Below, piece by piece: positions 1-9,095 of a DNA stretch of 64,000 nt. Source of the stretch: Dehalococcoidia bacterium (lineage in GTDB: Bacteria; Chloroflexota; Dehalococcoidia; Plut-88900); contig OZ240219.1 in NCBI GenBank assembly GCA_965197645.1, positions 416,001 to 480,000 on the forward strand. Direction: 5' to 3'. Within the stretch, counting starts at the first letter, position 1. The number at the start of each line of letters is the position of its first letter. The translations under genes were made by a program, and so were the position numbers. The notes under the pieces are model-generated. The model did not search any database and was not told where the DNA came from. It saw nothing but the letters and a program-made list of their open reading frames with translations.

Positions 1-988
1 TCGCCCGTTCCTCCGAGTACCGATCGATCCTATTGCTCCAGATGCCGACGATGATCTTGACAAGGTCGTCATCGGAAGCGCCGGCCCTCAGATGTTCACG
101 CAGGTCACGCCCTTCCGAGGCGAACAGGCAGGTGTACACCTTCCCTTCGGCCGACAGCCGTGATCTGGTACAGTCGCCACAGAAGGGTTGGCTGACCGAC
201 GCAATGACGCCTATCTCCCCAGCGCCGTCCCGGTAGCGGTACCGATTGGCCACCTCGCCGAAGTATTCGGGGTCCACCCGCTCCAGGGGCATCTCGGCAT
301 CGATCATATCGACGATCTCGGCGGCCGTGACCACCTGCTCCGATTCCCACTGGTTCAGGTTGCCTACGTCCATGAACTCGATGAACCTCAATATGTGGCC
401 CATCCCCTTCACATGGCGGGAAAGGTCTACTATGGTGTGGTCGTTGACGCCCTTCTGCACCACCACGTTGATCTTGACCGGCGATAGCCCAACTTCCGCT
501 GCCGTTTCGATTCCCTCCAACACCTTCTTCGTGCCGAAGCCCCGGCCGTTCATCTTCCCGAAGATATCGTCGTCCAGGGTGTGCAGGCTCACCGTGATTC
601 GCTTAAGGCCGGCGTCCTTGAGGGCCTGGGCCTGCTGGGCCAGAAGATAGCCGTTGGTGGTCAGCGCCAGGTCCTCCAGCCCCTCGATCTTCGCCAGTTG
701 GGCCACCAAGACGCTTAGATCGGCCCTCAACAACGGCTCGCCGCCGGTCAACCGTATCTTGCGGACGCCGAGCCTTACGAACAGTCCTGCCAGCCGCGAT
801 ATCTCCTCGAAGGTGAGTATCTCGTCTTTGGGCAGGAACTCGTACCTCTCGCCGTATATCTCGGCCGGCATGCAGAAGGGACATCGAAAGTTGCACCGAT
901 CGGTGACGGATATTCGGAGGTCCCTCAGCGGTCTCCCGAACACGTCCAAGAGGGTGGGTGAACTGCTCTGGAGGATGGCGTCGTCCAT
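1..988 (-). CDS. moaA: GTP 3',8-cyclase (molybdenum cofactor biosynthesis radical SAM protein), 3' end truncated by window edge
   Basis: Not in ORF track (no stop in window). Manual minus-strand translation: MDDAILQSSSPTLLDVFGRPLRDLRISVTDRCNFRCPFCMP, the MoaA N-terminal CxxxCxxC; later TGGEP and PFCGDCTR..LSAEGKVYTCLF motifs. Confidence 0.93.
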   Translation of the reverse strand, partial: MDDAILQSSSPTLLDVFGRPLRDLRISVTDRCNFRCPFCMPAEIYGERYEFLPKDEILTFEEISRLAGLFVRLGVRKIRLTGGEPLLRADLSVLVAQLAKIEGLEDLALTTNGYLLAQQAQALKDAGLKRITVSLHTLDDDIFGKMNGRGFGTKKVLEGIETAAEVGLSPVKINVVVQKGVNDHTIVDLSRHVKGMGHILRFIEFMDVGNLNQWESEQVVTAAEIVDMIDAEMPLERVDPEYFGEVANRYRYRDGAGEIGVIASVSQPFCGDCTRSRLSAEGKVYTCLFASEGRDLREHLRAGASDDDLVKIIVGIWSNRIDRYSEERA

Positions 989-1121
989 GACTGGTTGTGC
1001 AACGATGTCGCCTGAAGCTACTATTTTACATCCGCACGCCTGGAAAGTACAGATAAACGCAGCCGGCCCCCCCGATTACCCAGCCGGACCCTTTGTATAA
1101 TAGCCACCGGAGGCATCTTTC

Positions 1122-2303
1122 TTGTCCCGTAACCATCTTTCCGAACTCATCATAGACCTTATCAAACGAGAGGGTCCGATTACCTTCGCTCGGTTCATGG
1201 AGATGGCGCTCTACCACGTCCCGCTCGGATACTACGCTTCATCCAAACAACGGATAGGCCCCGAGGGCGATTTCTATACCAGCCCCCTGGCTCACCCCGC
1301 CTTCGGGGCACTCGTAGCGGTCCAGCTGGAGCAGATGTGGGAGGCCCTGGACGCCCCGGCCAGGTTCGTAGTCATCGAGATGGGGTCCGGCAAGGGAGTC
1401 CTGGCCAGAGACATCATAGACTACTCGACCAACCTCTCTCCCGAGTTCTCCAATGCCCTCGACTACGTCACCCTGGACAGAATGGATCCCGATCCTCCTC
1501 CTGATCGGCGCAACATCACAGGTTGCATCCTTTCCAATGAGCTCCTCGACGCCATGCCCGTCCACCGCGTGATACAACGGAACGGCCGTCTCACCGAGAT
1601 GTACGTGGAAGTGCAGAACGATGATCTGGCGGAGCTCCACGGCGAGCCTTCTACACCCAGGCTCCAACAACGCCTGGACACCCTCGGGGTATCCCTGGTC
1701 GATGGCCAGGAGGCCGAGATCAACCTGGTCCTGGAGGACTGGCTCCGTGACATATCGGCGACGTTGGGCCGGGGTTATGCAATGACCTTCGACTACGGAT
1801 ATGCCGCCTCAGAGCTTTACTCACCCAAGCGGCGGAAGGGCACCCTGATGTGCCACTACAAGCATACTACGAACGACCGTCCTCTTGCCCGGGTGGGCGA
1901 GCAGGACATTACCGCCCACGTAGACCTGACCTCCCTTATGTCCCTGGGAGAGAGATACGGGCTCCGGCATTGCGGCGCCATCAGTCAGGCCCGGTTCCTG
2001 GGCAACCTCGGCATGGGAAGCATGCTCAAAGGGCTTCACTCTATGGCCCTTTCGCCGGGCGACCACCAGGCCAACCAGCTCGGCATGCGCAACCTGGTAG
2101 ATGGCGAGGGGCTAGGACGATTTCAGGTGGTCGTCCAGGACAAGGGCGACGTCTCGTCAAGCCTCCGCGGTCTAGACCCGGAAGGTGTCTCTCCGGTGGA
2201 GGCGCTGGACCTGCCCACGCCCCTCCTCACCGACCGCCACATCAATCTGCTGGCCGGCCGTTATCCCCACCAGGCCTGGTCACCACCCGACTGGGACGAC
2301 TAG
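1122..2303 (+). CDS. SAM-dependent methyltransferase, MidA/NDUFAF7 family
   Basis: EGPITFARFMEMALY..GYY, GDFYTSP, EMGSGKG, SNELLDAMP, DYG and QDITAHVD motifs; TATAAT at 1096-1101 upstream. Confidence 0.9.
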   Translation: MSRNHLSELIIDLIKREGPITFARFMEMALYHVPLGYYASSKQRIGPEGDFYTSPLAHPAFGALVAVQLEQMWEALDAPARFVVIEMGSGKGVLARDIIDYSTNLSPEFSNALDYVTLDRMDPDPPPDRRNITGCILSNELLDAMPVHRVIQRNGRLTEMYVEVQNDDLAELHGEPSTPRLQQRLDTLGVSLVDGQEAEINLVLEDWLRDISATLGRGYAMTFDYGYAASELYSPKRRKGTLMCHYKHTTNDRPLARVGEQDITAHVDLTSLMSLGERYGLRHCGAISQARFLGNLGMGSMLKGLHSMALSPGDHQANQLGMRNLVDGEGLGRFQVVVQDKGDVSSSLRGLDPEGVSPVEALDLPTPLLTDRHINLLAGRYPHQAWSPPDWDD

Positions 2304-2743
2304 TTCTCCAGCACCGCTTCGACGCTGAGCTCCACGTTCCCCTTCAGCGCCCCCGAGATAGGACAACCGTCTTTGGCCCCCTCGGCCGCCTTGGCGAACC
2401 CTTCCTGGTCGAGACCGGGCACCCGACCCGTGACGGTCAGCGCGCTCGAGGCCACCTTCCATCCCGCCTCCACCTTGTCAAAGGTCACCGTGGCGCTGAC
2501 CTCCAGCCTCTCCGGAGGAGTCCCACCTCTACCCAACCCCGCGGACAGTGCCATGCAGAAGCAGCTGGCGTGCGCCGAAGCCACCAGCTCTTCCGGGCTG
2601 GTCCGCCCATCCGATGATTCGGTGCGGGAGGCCCAGGTCACCGGCAACTCGTTGAAGGCCTGGCTGGTGCTGGCCGTTACGACCCCGCTGCCAGAAAGTA
2701 GGTCTCCTTCCCATACTGCTTTCGCTTCTCGTTTTGCGGCCAT
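2300..2743 (-). CDS. osmC: OsmC family peroxiredoxin
   Basis: AVWEGDL..GSG, TSPEELVASAHASCFCMAL, AKDGCPISGAL. Confidence 0.93.
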   Translation of the reverse strand: MAAKREAKAVWEGDLLSGSGVVTASTSQAFNELPVTWASRTESSDGRTSPEELVASAHASCFCMALSAGLGRGGTPPERLEVSATVTFDKVEAGWKVASSALTVTGRVPGLDQEGFAKAAEGAKDGCPISGALKGNVELSVEAVLEN

Positions 2744-2783
2744 TCGAATTCTCCTGTTCTATTCAGATATGAGTCCTTGAATG

Positions 2784-3527
2784 CTATCTCGCCACCCCTA
2801 CCAGTAGATACATAGGATCGCCTCTGTCACTCACGGGGTAGTCCCACTTCTCAAAATCGAACCCCGAAATCTCCATCAGGCGCTGCCACGTCTCCACTGG
2901 GAACAGCCCCGTAGTGTGATGGTCCTGCTCGATCCGCAGGCTGCCGCCTTCATCGAGCACAAAGAAGTACACCGTTTCGATGGTAGTATCCTTCGGGTCC
3001 GGGTCGTATGCGTACTCGATCAGGGTCAGGCTGCGACCGTCGACTTGGTTGGTGCTGTGGTCGACGTAGTGGTCTCTGTAGGTCTCCGAGTACCAGTCGG
3101 GAGCGGTAACGAAAACGCCACCGGGTTCCAGGTGGGCCTGGGCCGTGGCGAACGCCGCCAGCAGATCGTCCTCGTTCAGCATGTAGCAAATAGCGTCGTG
3201 GATCAGCACCGCATCGAACTTCCGGTCCAGCCTAAACGTACGCATGTCCCCAACGTGGTGCTCGACCCCAGGGTTGAGCTTCCGAGAGTGCTCCAGCATC
3301 TCCTCGGAGAGGTCGACAGCCGTGGCCTGGAAATCATCGACGAGGTGAGATAGGTTATGGCCGCCCCCCACCCCCAGCTCCAAAATCTTATGCCTGCCCA
3401 GACCCAGTTTCGCCCGCAACACCTTCCGCCAGTGGACGGCCTCGTCGGCGTAGTCTTCGGGAGGGCTTACCAGGGGCCACAGGTGGGCCAGGTCTGTGTA
3501 CATCCTATCCTGCTGCTCGGCCGGCAT
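2784..3527 (-). CDS. Class I SAM-dependent methyltransferase
   Basis: ILELGVGGG motif I, AVDLSEEML, GDMRTF, HLEPGG. Confidence 0.88.
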   Translation of the reverse strand: MPAEQQDRMYTDLAHLWPLVSPPEDYADEAVHWRKVLRAKLGLGRHKILELGVGGGHNLSHLVDDFQATAVDLSEEMLEHSRKLNPGVEHHVGDMRTFRLDRKFDAVLIHDAICYMLNEDDLLAAFATAQAHLEPGGVFVTAPDWYSETYRDHYVDHSTNQVDGRSLTLIEYAYDPDPKDTTIETVYFFVLDEGGSLRIEQDHHTTGLFPVETWQRLMEISGFDFEKWDYPVSDRGDPMYLLVGVAR

Positions 3528-3545
3528 CAGAGTCCCTTGACCGCC

Positions 3546-4931
3546 CTATGCTCCTCGAGGGATGAACTTGCCGTCTCCCGCCTGGCCCAGGAATCCTTTC
3601 TCCTGGACCACCGTCACCTTGCCTCTCAGCAGCACCTGCTCCACCCTGCCTGTGACCTCTCGTCCCTCGTAGGGCGTATAGTCCAGGCCCATGTGCTGGT
3701 TGCTCTGGCTGATGACATGCTTCCTCTTCGGATCGAAGATCACGAGGTCGGCGTCGCTGCCCACTGCCACAGTACCCTTCTTTGGATAGAGCCCAAACAG
3801 CTTGGCCGGCGACGTCGAAAGCAGGTCCACCATCCGATTGATGCTGATCCTACCTTGGCCCACCCCACCATCGTGGACAAGGTGCAACCGGCTCTCGATG
3901 CTGGGCAGTCCGTTGGGAATCTTGGAGAAGTCGTCCCGCCCCTCGTGCTTGCTGCCGGGCCCTTCGAAGCAGTAGGTGTTGTGATCGGTGGAGATCACGT
4001 CCAGGTCGCCGGTGGCGAGGCCGCTCCACAGCCGGTCTTCGTTACCCTTTGGTCGCAGCGGGGGAGAGCACACGTACTTCGCCCCCTCGAAGCCGGGACG
4101 GTCGTACTCCTCCTCCGAGAGGAACAGGTACTGGGGGCAGGTCTCGGCATAGACCGGCACACCCCGTTCCCGCGCATCTCGCACCGCTTCCAATGCATCT
4201 CCCGCGGAGAGGTGCACTATGTAGACCGGCGTACCGGCCAGCTCCGATAGAAATATCGCCCGGCGCGTTGCTTCGGCCTCTGCGCTCATGGGCCTGGTCG
4301 TAGCGTGATACTTGGGTGCAGTGAGGCCGGCGTCCAGCGCCTGCTTCACCAGCACGTCGATCACCTCACCGTTTTCGGCATGCAAACAGACCCTGCCGCC
4401 ATTTTCCCTGGACTGGAGCAGCGCCCGGAATATGGTGCCATCGTCAACCATGAGCGCCCCGGGGTAGGCCATGAACAGCTTGAAGCTGGACACCCCTTCG
4501 TCGACTACCCGGTCCATCTCCTTGACCCGGGATTCCGGCAGATCGGTAACTATCATGTGGAAAGCATAGTCTATGGCCGAGTTGCCCTCCGTCATCCCGT
4601 GCCATTCCTCCAGGCCCTGCCGGAGGTGTCCGCCCCGGCTCTGGGCCGAGAAATCGATGACCGTAGTGGTGCCTCCCCAAGCAGCGCCGATGGTGCAGTT
4701 TCTGAACTTCTCCGACGGACCGTTGGGATCGTCGGGAAAGGCAAGGTGAGTATGAGCGTCGACGCCCCCGGGCAGCACGTACCGGTCCTTGGCATCGATG
4801 ACTTGGGCGCCCTCGATGGGAAGGTCCAGCCCGATGGCCGTTATCACTTCGCCGCGAATGCCAACATCGGCCACCGTCGTATCCGACGCCGTCACCACCG
4901 TGCCGTCCCTGATTACCGTATCGAACTGCAT
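3546..4931 (-). CDS. hydA: Dihydropyrimidinase / D-hydantoinase
   Basis: PGGVDAHTHL, SFKLFMAYPG, LHAENG, IVHLS, ETCPQYL, STDH, IPNG; ATG start chosen at MQFDTV. Confidence 0.9.
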   Translation of the reverse strand: MQFDTVIRDGTVVTASDTTVADVGIRGEVITAIGLDLPIEGAQVIDAKDRYVLPGGVDAHTHLAFPDDPNGPSEKFRNCTIGAAWGGTTTVIDFSAQSRGGHLRQGLEEWHGMTEGNSAIDYAFHMIVTDLPESRVKEMDRVVDEGVSSFKLFMAYPGALMVDDGTIFRALLQSRENGGRVCLHAENGEVIDVLVKQALDAGLTAPKYHATTRPMSAEAEATRRAIFLSELAGTPVYIVHLSAGDALEAVRDARERGVPVYAETCPQYLFLSEEEYDRPGFEGAKYVCSPPLRPKGNEDRLWSGLATGDLDVISTDHNTYCFEGPGSKHEGRDDFSKIPNGLPSIESRLHLVHDGGVGQGRISINRMVDLLSTSPAKLFGLYPKKGTVAVGSDADLVIFDPKRKHVISQSNQHMGLDYTPYEGREVTGRVEQVLLRGKVTVVQEKGFLGQAGDGKFIPRGA

Positions 4932-4988
4932 GCTGCTGCCCTCAATCGCGATCGGCAACTTGGAGAAGAGAGGCTAGTATCTAACCAG

Positions 4989-5792
4989 CTAGAACCCGGC
5001 GATATCCTCGCCGCCGTCGACACCGATCACGGTGCCGGTGATCCAGTGAGAATCTCCCGTGACCAGAGTCGCGATCGCGGCCGCCACGTCGTCCGGAGTA
5101 GTCATCCTGCCGCTGGGGTTGCTTTGTGATGCTGTGTCGATCAGCTCCTCGTGGCCCGGTATCTTCCTCAGCGCCGGGGTGTCGGTTATCCCCGCCCGAA
5201 CGGCGTTAACTGTGATCCCTTTGGACGCCAGCTCCATAGCCAGCTGCCGTATGTGGGACTCCAGCGCTGCCTTGGCCGCCGATACCGCCCCGTAGTTGGG
5301 CACCACCCGCTGCGATCCTGCACTGGTCATGGCGTATATCCGGCCACCTTCGCCCATCAGCCCTCGATACGACAGGTCCTGTACCCAGTAGACCAGGCTG
5401 TTGGCCATCACGTCCAGGGTCATCTCAATCTGCGCCTGACTTATAGAGTCTTTGGCTTCGGGAGCGACGTAGGGCTTCAGCGTTCCGAAGGCCAGGGAGT
5501 GGACCAGCACCTTGACCGTGCCGGGCGTCTCGCTGAACCTGGCCTCGACCCTGTCCAACACCTCGGCCCGATTGTCGGCGCCGGCGGCATTGGTGTTGAA
5601 GAACTCGGCATCCCGCCCCTGGGCCTTGATCTGCTCCGACAGCTTCTCAACGTTGCCGAGGGTCGACCTTCGGTCCAGGTGCACACCGAATATGTTCAAC
5701 CCGGCCTCGGCCAGCTTCCGAGCACAGGCCGCCCCGAAGCCACTGGAGGCTCCCAGTACTAATGCCCATTGCTCTACTTTTTCTGGGCCCAC
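4989..5792 (-). CDS. SDR, enoyl-ACP reductase FabL-like
   Basis: LGASSGFG; Y-x6-K motif NYGAVSAAKAALES typical of enoyl reductases. Confidence 0.8.
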   Translation of the reverse strand: MGPEKVEQWALVLGASSGFGAACARKLAEAGLNIFGVHLDRRSTLGNVEKLSEQIKAQGRDAEFFNTNAAGADNRAEVLDRVEARFSETPGTVKVLVHSLAFGTLKPYVAPEAKDSISQAQIEMTLDVMANSLVYWVQDLSYRGLMGEGGRIYAMTSAGSQRVVPNYGAVSAAKAALESHIRQLAMELASKGITVNAVRAGITDTPALRKIPGHEELIDTASQSNPSGRMTTPDDVAAAIATLVTGDSHWITGTVIGVDGGEDIAGF

Positions 5793-5811
5793 TGATCTAC
5801 CTTTGCGGGAC

Positions 5812-6183
5812 TCAAGCTTCGCTGCCTCGCCTTCTCTGGATCTCCACGGCCGCAGATGAAAGAATGCTGCCCTTTATGGAGACCTCCGGTTTGCTGACCT
5901 TCACCTTCACCTCATCAACGGGACACGCGCCCAGTATCCGATCGCATATCTGCTGGGCCACCGCCTCGATGAGGTCGAACTGCTCATCCTCAACCACCGA
6001 TTTCACGAGCCGGTACACGTCGCCATAGTCTACGGTGTCCTGGAGATCGTCGGAGCGGCCGGCTGGCGCCAGGTCTGCGGACAACTCCACGTCGACCACG
6101 AACCGCTGGCCCCTGGTCTTCTCCTCTAGGCTGACGCCGTGGTAGCCGTAGAAGACCATCCCCTCCAGAACTATCCTATCCAG
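5812..6183 (-). CDS. folB: Dihydroneopterin aldolase (probable CTG start)
   Basis: (M)DRIVLEGMVFYGYHGV..EEK..GQRF, SDDLQDTVDY, LIEAVA, VKVSKP; GGAGG 8 nt upstream of CTG at 6183. Confidence 0.92.
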   Translation of the reverse strand: MDRIVLEGMVFYGYHGVSLEEKTRGQRFVVDVELSADLAPAGRSDDLQDTVDYGDVYRLVKSVVEDEQFDLIEAVAQQICDRILGACPVDEVKVKVSKPEVSIKGSILSSAAVEIQRRRGSEA

Positions 6184-6197
6184 GGGTTCGGCCTCCG

Positions 6198-6767
6198 TTA
6201 GCCTGCGCTTCCGTCCAGGCCCAGGTCCGAAGCAACCCCCTTCAGCGCCTCGATCACCTCTGCGACGTGATCATCCAACTCGACTCCGAGCTGCTCCGAA
6301 CCGTTGTAGATATCCTCCCTGATCACCCCTCTGGCGAAGGACTTGTCCTTCAGCTTCTTCTTCACCGATTTCACCTTGACGTCCTTGATGTCCTTGTTCG
6401 GCCGTACCAGAGCGGTCGCCGTAACCAGCCCCACCAGTTCGTCGCAGGCGAAGATCGCCTTGTCCATGGGAGTCTTCCGATCCAGACCCAGGTAGTCCGC
6501 GTGGCACTGGATAGCGTAGATGATCTCCTCGGGATATCCCTTTTCCCTCAGGATTTTCGATCCCTCGACGGGGTGCTTATCGGCGGTGGGGTGCACCTCG
6601 TAGTCGAAGTCGTGTAGAAGCCCGACAATGCCCCACGTCTCCTCGTCTCCATCGTACTTGCGGGCGTAGGCACGCATAGCGGCCTCCACCCCCAGCCCGT
6701 GCTTTCTCAGGTTTTCGCTCTTGGTGTACTCGTGCAGAAGGGCCAGCGCCTCTTCTCGGGTCTTCAT
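6198..6767 (-). CDS. HD-domain (HDIG-type) metal-dependent phosphohydrolase
   Basis: LRKHGLGVE, GLLHDFDYE, H, CH, ACDEL, KDKSFARGV. Confidence 0.85.
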   Translation of the reverse strand: MKTREEALALLHEYTKSENLRKHGLGVEAAMRAYARKYDGDEETWGIVGLLHDFDYEVHPTADKHPVEGSKILREKGYPEEIIYAIQCHADYLGLDRKTPMDKAIFACDELVGLVTATALVRPNKDIKDVKVKSVKKKLKDKSFARGVIREDIYNGSEQLGVELDDHVAEVIEALKGVASDLGLDGSAG

Positions 6768-6798
6768 TTCTGCTTCCTCCCTACGACGAGGCGCGATA

Positions 6799-7260
6799 CT
6801 ACAGCCCCTGTGCCGCCTCGATCAGCCCTTGGGTATCTGGGATCCCCCGCTCGTACACTTCGCTCAGGCGCACCACGCCCTCTTTATCGATGAGGAAGCA
6901 GGCGCGTTTGCTGTACCCATCGCCGGTCATGATCCCGAACTTCTCGGCCACGTCTCCCTTGGGGTGGAAATCGGCCAGCAAGGGGAACCATAGCTCTCCC
7001 AGGGTCAGCGAGTAGACCTTGTGGCTGAAGATGCTGTCTATGCTCACACCCAGCACCTGGGTGTTGGCCTCCGAGAACCCCCTTCGGGCGGCTCTGAGGG
7101 AGGCCAGCTCGTTGGTTCAGCCACTGGTAAAGTCGAGGATGTAGAAGGCCAGCAGCACGTTCTTATCGCCGCGATACTGGCTCAGGGTGACCTTTTCGCC
7201 GATGGTTGAATCCAGGGTGAAGTCCGGGGCTTCATGCCCTACCTCTATCTGATTAGCCAT
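6799..7260 (-). CDS. Peroxiredoxin (AhpC/TSA, BCP/AhpE-like), selenocysteine-containing (UGA at 7117-7119)
   Basis: Two in-frame ORF-track fragments join through TGA: ..APDFTL..LLAFYILDFTSG-U-TNELASLR..TQVLGVSIDS..FPLLADFHPKG..RACFLIDKEG. Confidence 0.9.
7065..7106 (-). promoter_or_regulatory. Putative bacterial SECIS element
   Basis: Hairpin starting at the 11th nt after UGA: TGGCCTCC/GGAGGCCA, AGAGCC/GGTTCT, CCC-GAA-GGG apex. Confidence 0.75.
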
Positions 7261-7410
7261 AACGTTCCTTTCTATCGACGGGGCGTTTGAAACAGATCGA
7301 CTCGGGGGATGGGTACGACGGGAATGATATAACAAAATCCGCAGCCTGTCTGCGTGTGGGACGGTGGCCGGCGCGGGGTGTGAAGGTACTATGCCGAAAC
7401 GGTCGTCGGG

Positions 7411-8556
7411 CTATCCGCGTTCCTCGATGGGCACGTACTCCAGGTCCATGGGCCCCGTGTACTGGGCCAACGGCCTGATCAGGATGTTCCGCTCCAACTG
7501 CTCCACCACCTGCAGAGTCCAGCCCGGTATGCGGCCCAGACCGAACAGGGGAATGAACAGGTCGTCGGGGATTCCCAGGAGATGATAGATCGATCCGGCG
7601 TAGAAATCGACGTTCACGAAGATGCCGTGCTTCCGATACGGCGCCATCGCCTCTTCCACGTTGGTGAGGATCTGGTACCACTTGGGCTGGCCTCTCTTCT
7701 CTCCCAGCGTCCGGGACCGCTCCTTCAGGTGCCGCGCCCTGGGGTCTTCGGCCTTGTACACCCGGTGCCCGAACCCCATGATCCGGCCGCCGTTATCGAT
7801 CCTGTTCCTCACGTAGGATTCGGCGTTTTCCGGTGTGCCGATCTCCTCGGTCATAGTCTGCGCTGCCTCGGCCGCTCCGCCGTGGGCCGGCCCCTTCAGC
7901 ACCGCTATGCCGGTGACCACCGCCGAGTGGAGATCGGATGCGGTGCCGGCGCATACCCTGGCCCCGAAGGCCGAAGCGTTGGTTCCGTGCTCCGCGTGGA
8001 GGATAAAGTCCACGTCCAACAGCTTCGCCTCCTCTTCCGTGGGGACCTTATCGAAGAGCATGCGAAGGAAGTCGGCGGCGTGACCCAAGCTCTCGTCCGG
8101 CTCCACCGGGTCCAGTCCCTCCCTGATCCGGTAGTGGGCGGCCACGATGGTGGATGCCTGGGACGTGAGCCGTATCCCTTTTCGTATCGTCGCTTCGGTG
8201 GAGTTGTCCCCCACTTCGGGGTCGAACGCCGAGAGCGCCGAAACGCCGGTCCTCATGACGTCCATCGGGTGTGCGTTCTGGACTGATCGAATAACGTCGT
8301 AGACCGCACCGGGGATAGTTCTGCTAGATTTCAGCTCCCGATCCAGCTCGTCCAGCTGACTGCGAGTGGGGAGGTCTCCATACAGCAACAGGTAGACGGT
8401 CTCTTCGAAATTAGAGTTTTCGGCCAGGTCGTGGATGTTGTAGCCCCGGTACAGGAGCTTTCCTATCTCCCCGTCAATAAAGGAGGCGGCGCTTCTATCG
8501 AAGTAGACACCCTTCAGCCCGCGATTAAGCTTGATCTCTTTCTTGGAGTCAGCCAT
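7411..8556 (-). CDS. Citrate synthase / 2-methylcitrate synthase family
   Basis: GKLLYRGY, HPMD, HAEHGTNASAF, GPAHGGA, GFGHRVYKAEDPRA, NVDFY, IRP. Confidence 0.93.
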   Translation of the reverse strand: MADSKKEIKLNRGLKGVYFDRSAASFIDGEIGKLLYRGYNIHDLAENSNFEETVYLLLYGDLPTRSQLDELDRELKSSRTIPGAVYDVIRSVQNAHPMDVMRTGVSALSAFDPEVGDNSTEATIRKGIRLTSQASTIVAAHYRIREGLDPVEPDESLGHAADFLRMLFDKVPTEEEAKLLDVDFILHAEHGTNASAFGARVCAGTASDLHSAVVTGIAVLKGPAHGGAAEAAQTMTEEIGTPENAESYVRNRIDNGGRIMGFGHRVYKAEDPRARHLKERSRTLGEKRGQPKWYQILTNVEEAMAPYRKHGIFVNVDFYAGSIYHLLGIPDDLFIPLFGLGRIPGWTLQVVEQLERNILIRPLAQYTGPMDLEYVPIEERG

Positions 8557-8765
8557 AACCAACCTCCGACATAGACTTTAACGGCGTGACGTTCGATGCA
8601 GCGGTGCGAGGACTGGTAAGCTCCGCTAAGGCATCAGTGCATGTGCCCTTTCGGTCATCTCGATAATGAGGGAAGGATTCCACCTGTCGTATATGTTATA
8701 ACGGGCCTTGGAGCCGCTACTCTCGATAAACGCGTAAGGGGTGGTTGAAGATTCCTCCATGTCGG

Positions 8766-8794
8766 ACTTTAGCACCGCCCTATATGGGTGTCAA
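8766..8794 (-). promoter_or_regulatory. Sigma70-type promoter for citrate synthase
   Basis: TTGACA-N17-TAAAGT with TGn extension. Confidence 0.65.
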
Positions 8795-9095
8795 GAACGG
8801 CGCCAATTAAGTTGACTTTGGCTATGTAAATGGGTTACTCTGTGTTGCCCGTAGACGAGTTAGGCCTTGGTGGAATATGCTCGTACAAGGTCGGGGCGCA
8901 TACCTCGACTGAGGATATCAAAGGCGATTGAAGAAAGGGTTGACAGAGGTCGCAGACCGTAACTGCAGGCTGCGTTCCCAGGTTTTTGGGCACCCAGGCC
9001 GGTTTCCCTTTTCGTTCGTAACCCCACTTCCCTTCGAGTTCACTTCCGTACCCTTGAATAGTAGCTAGCACTCTATACGCTTCTGGAGGAAACAG

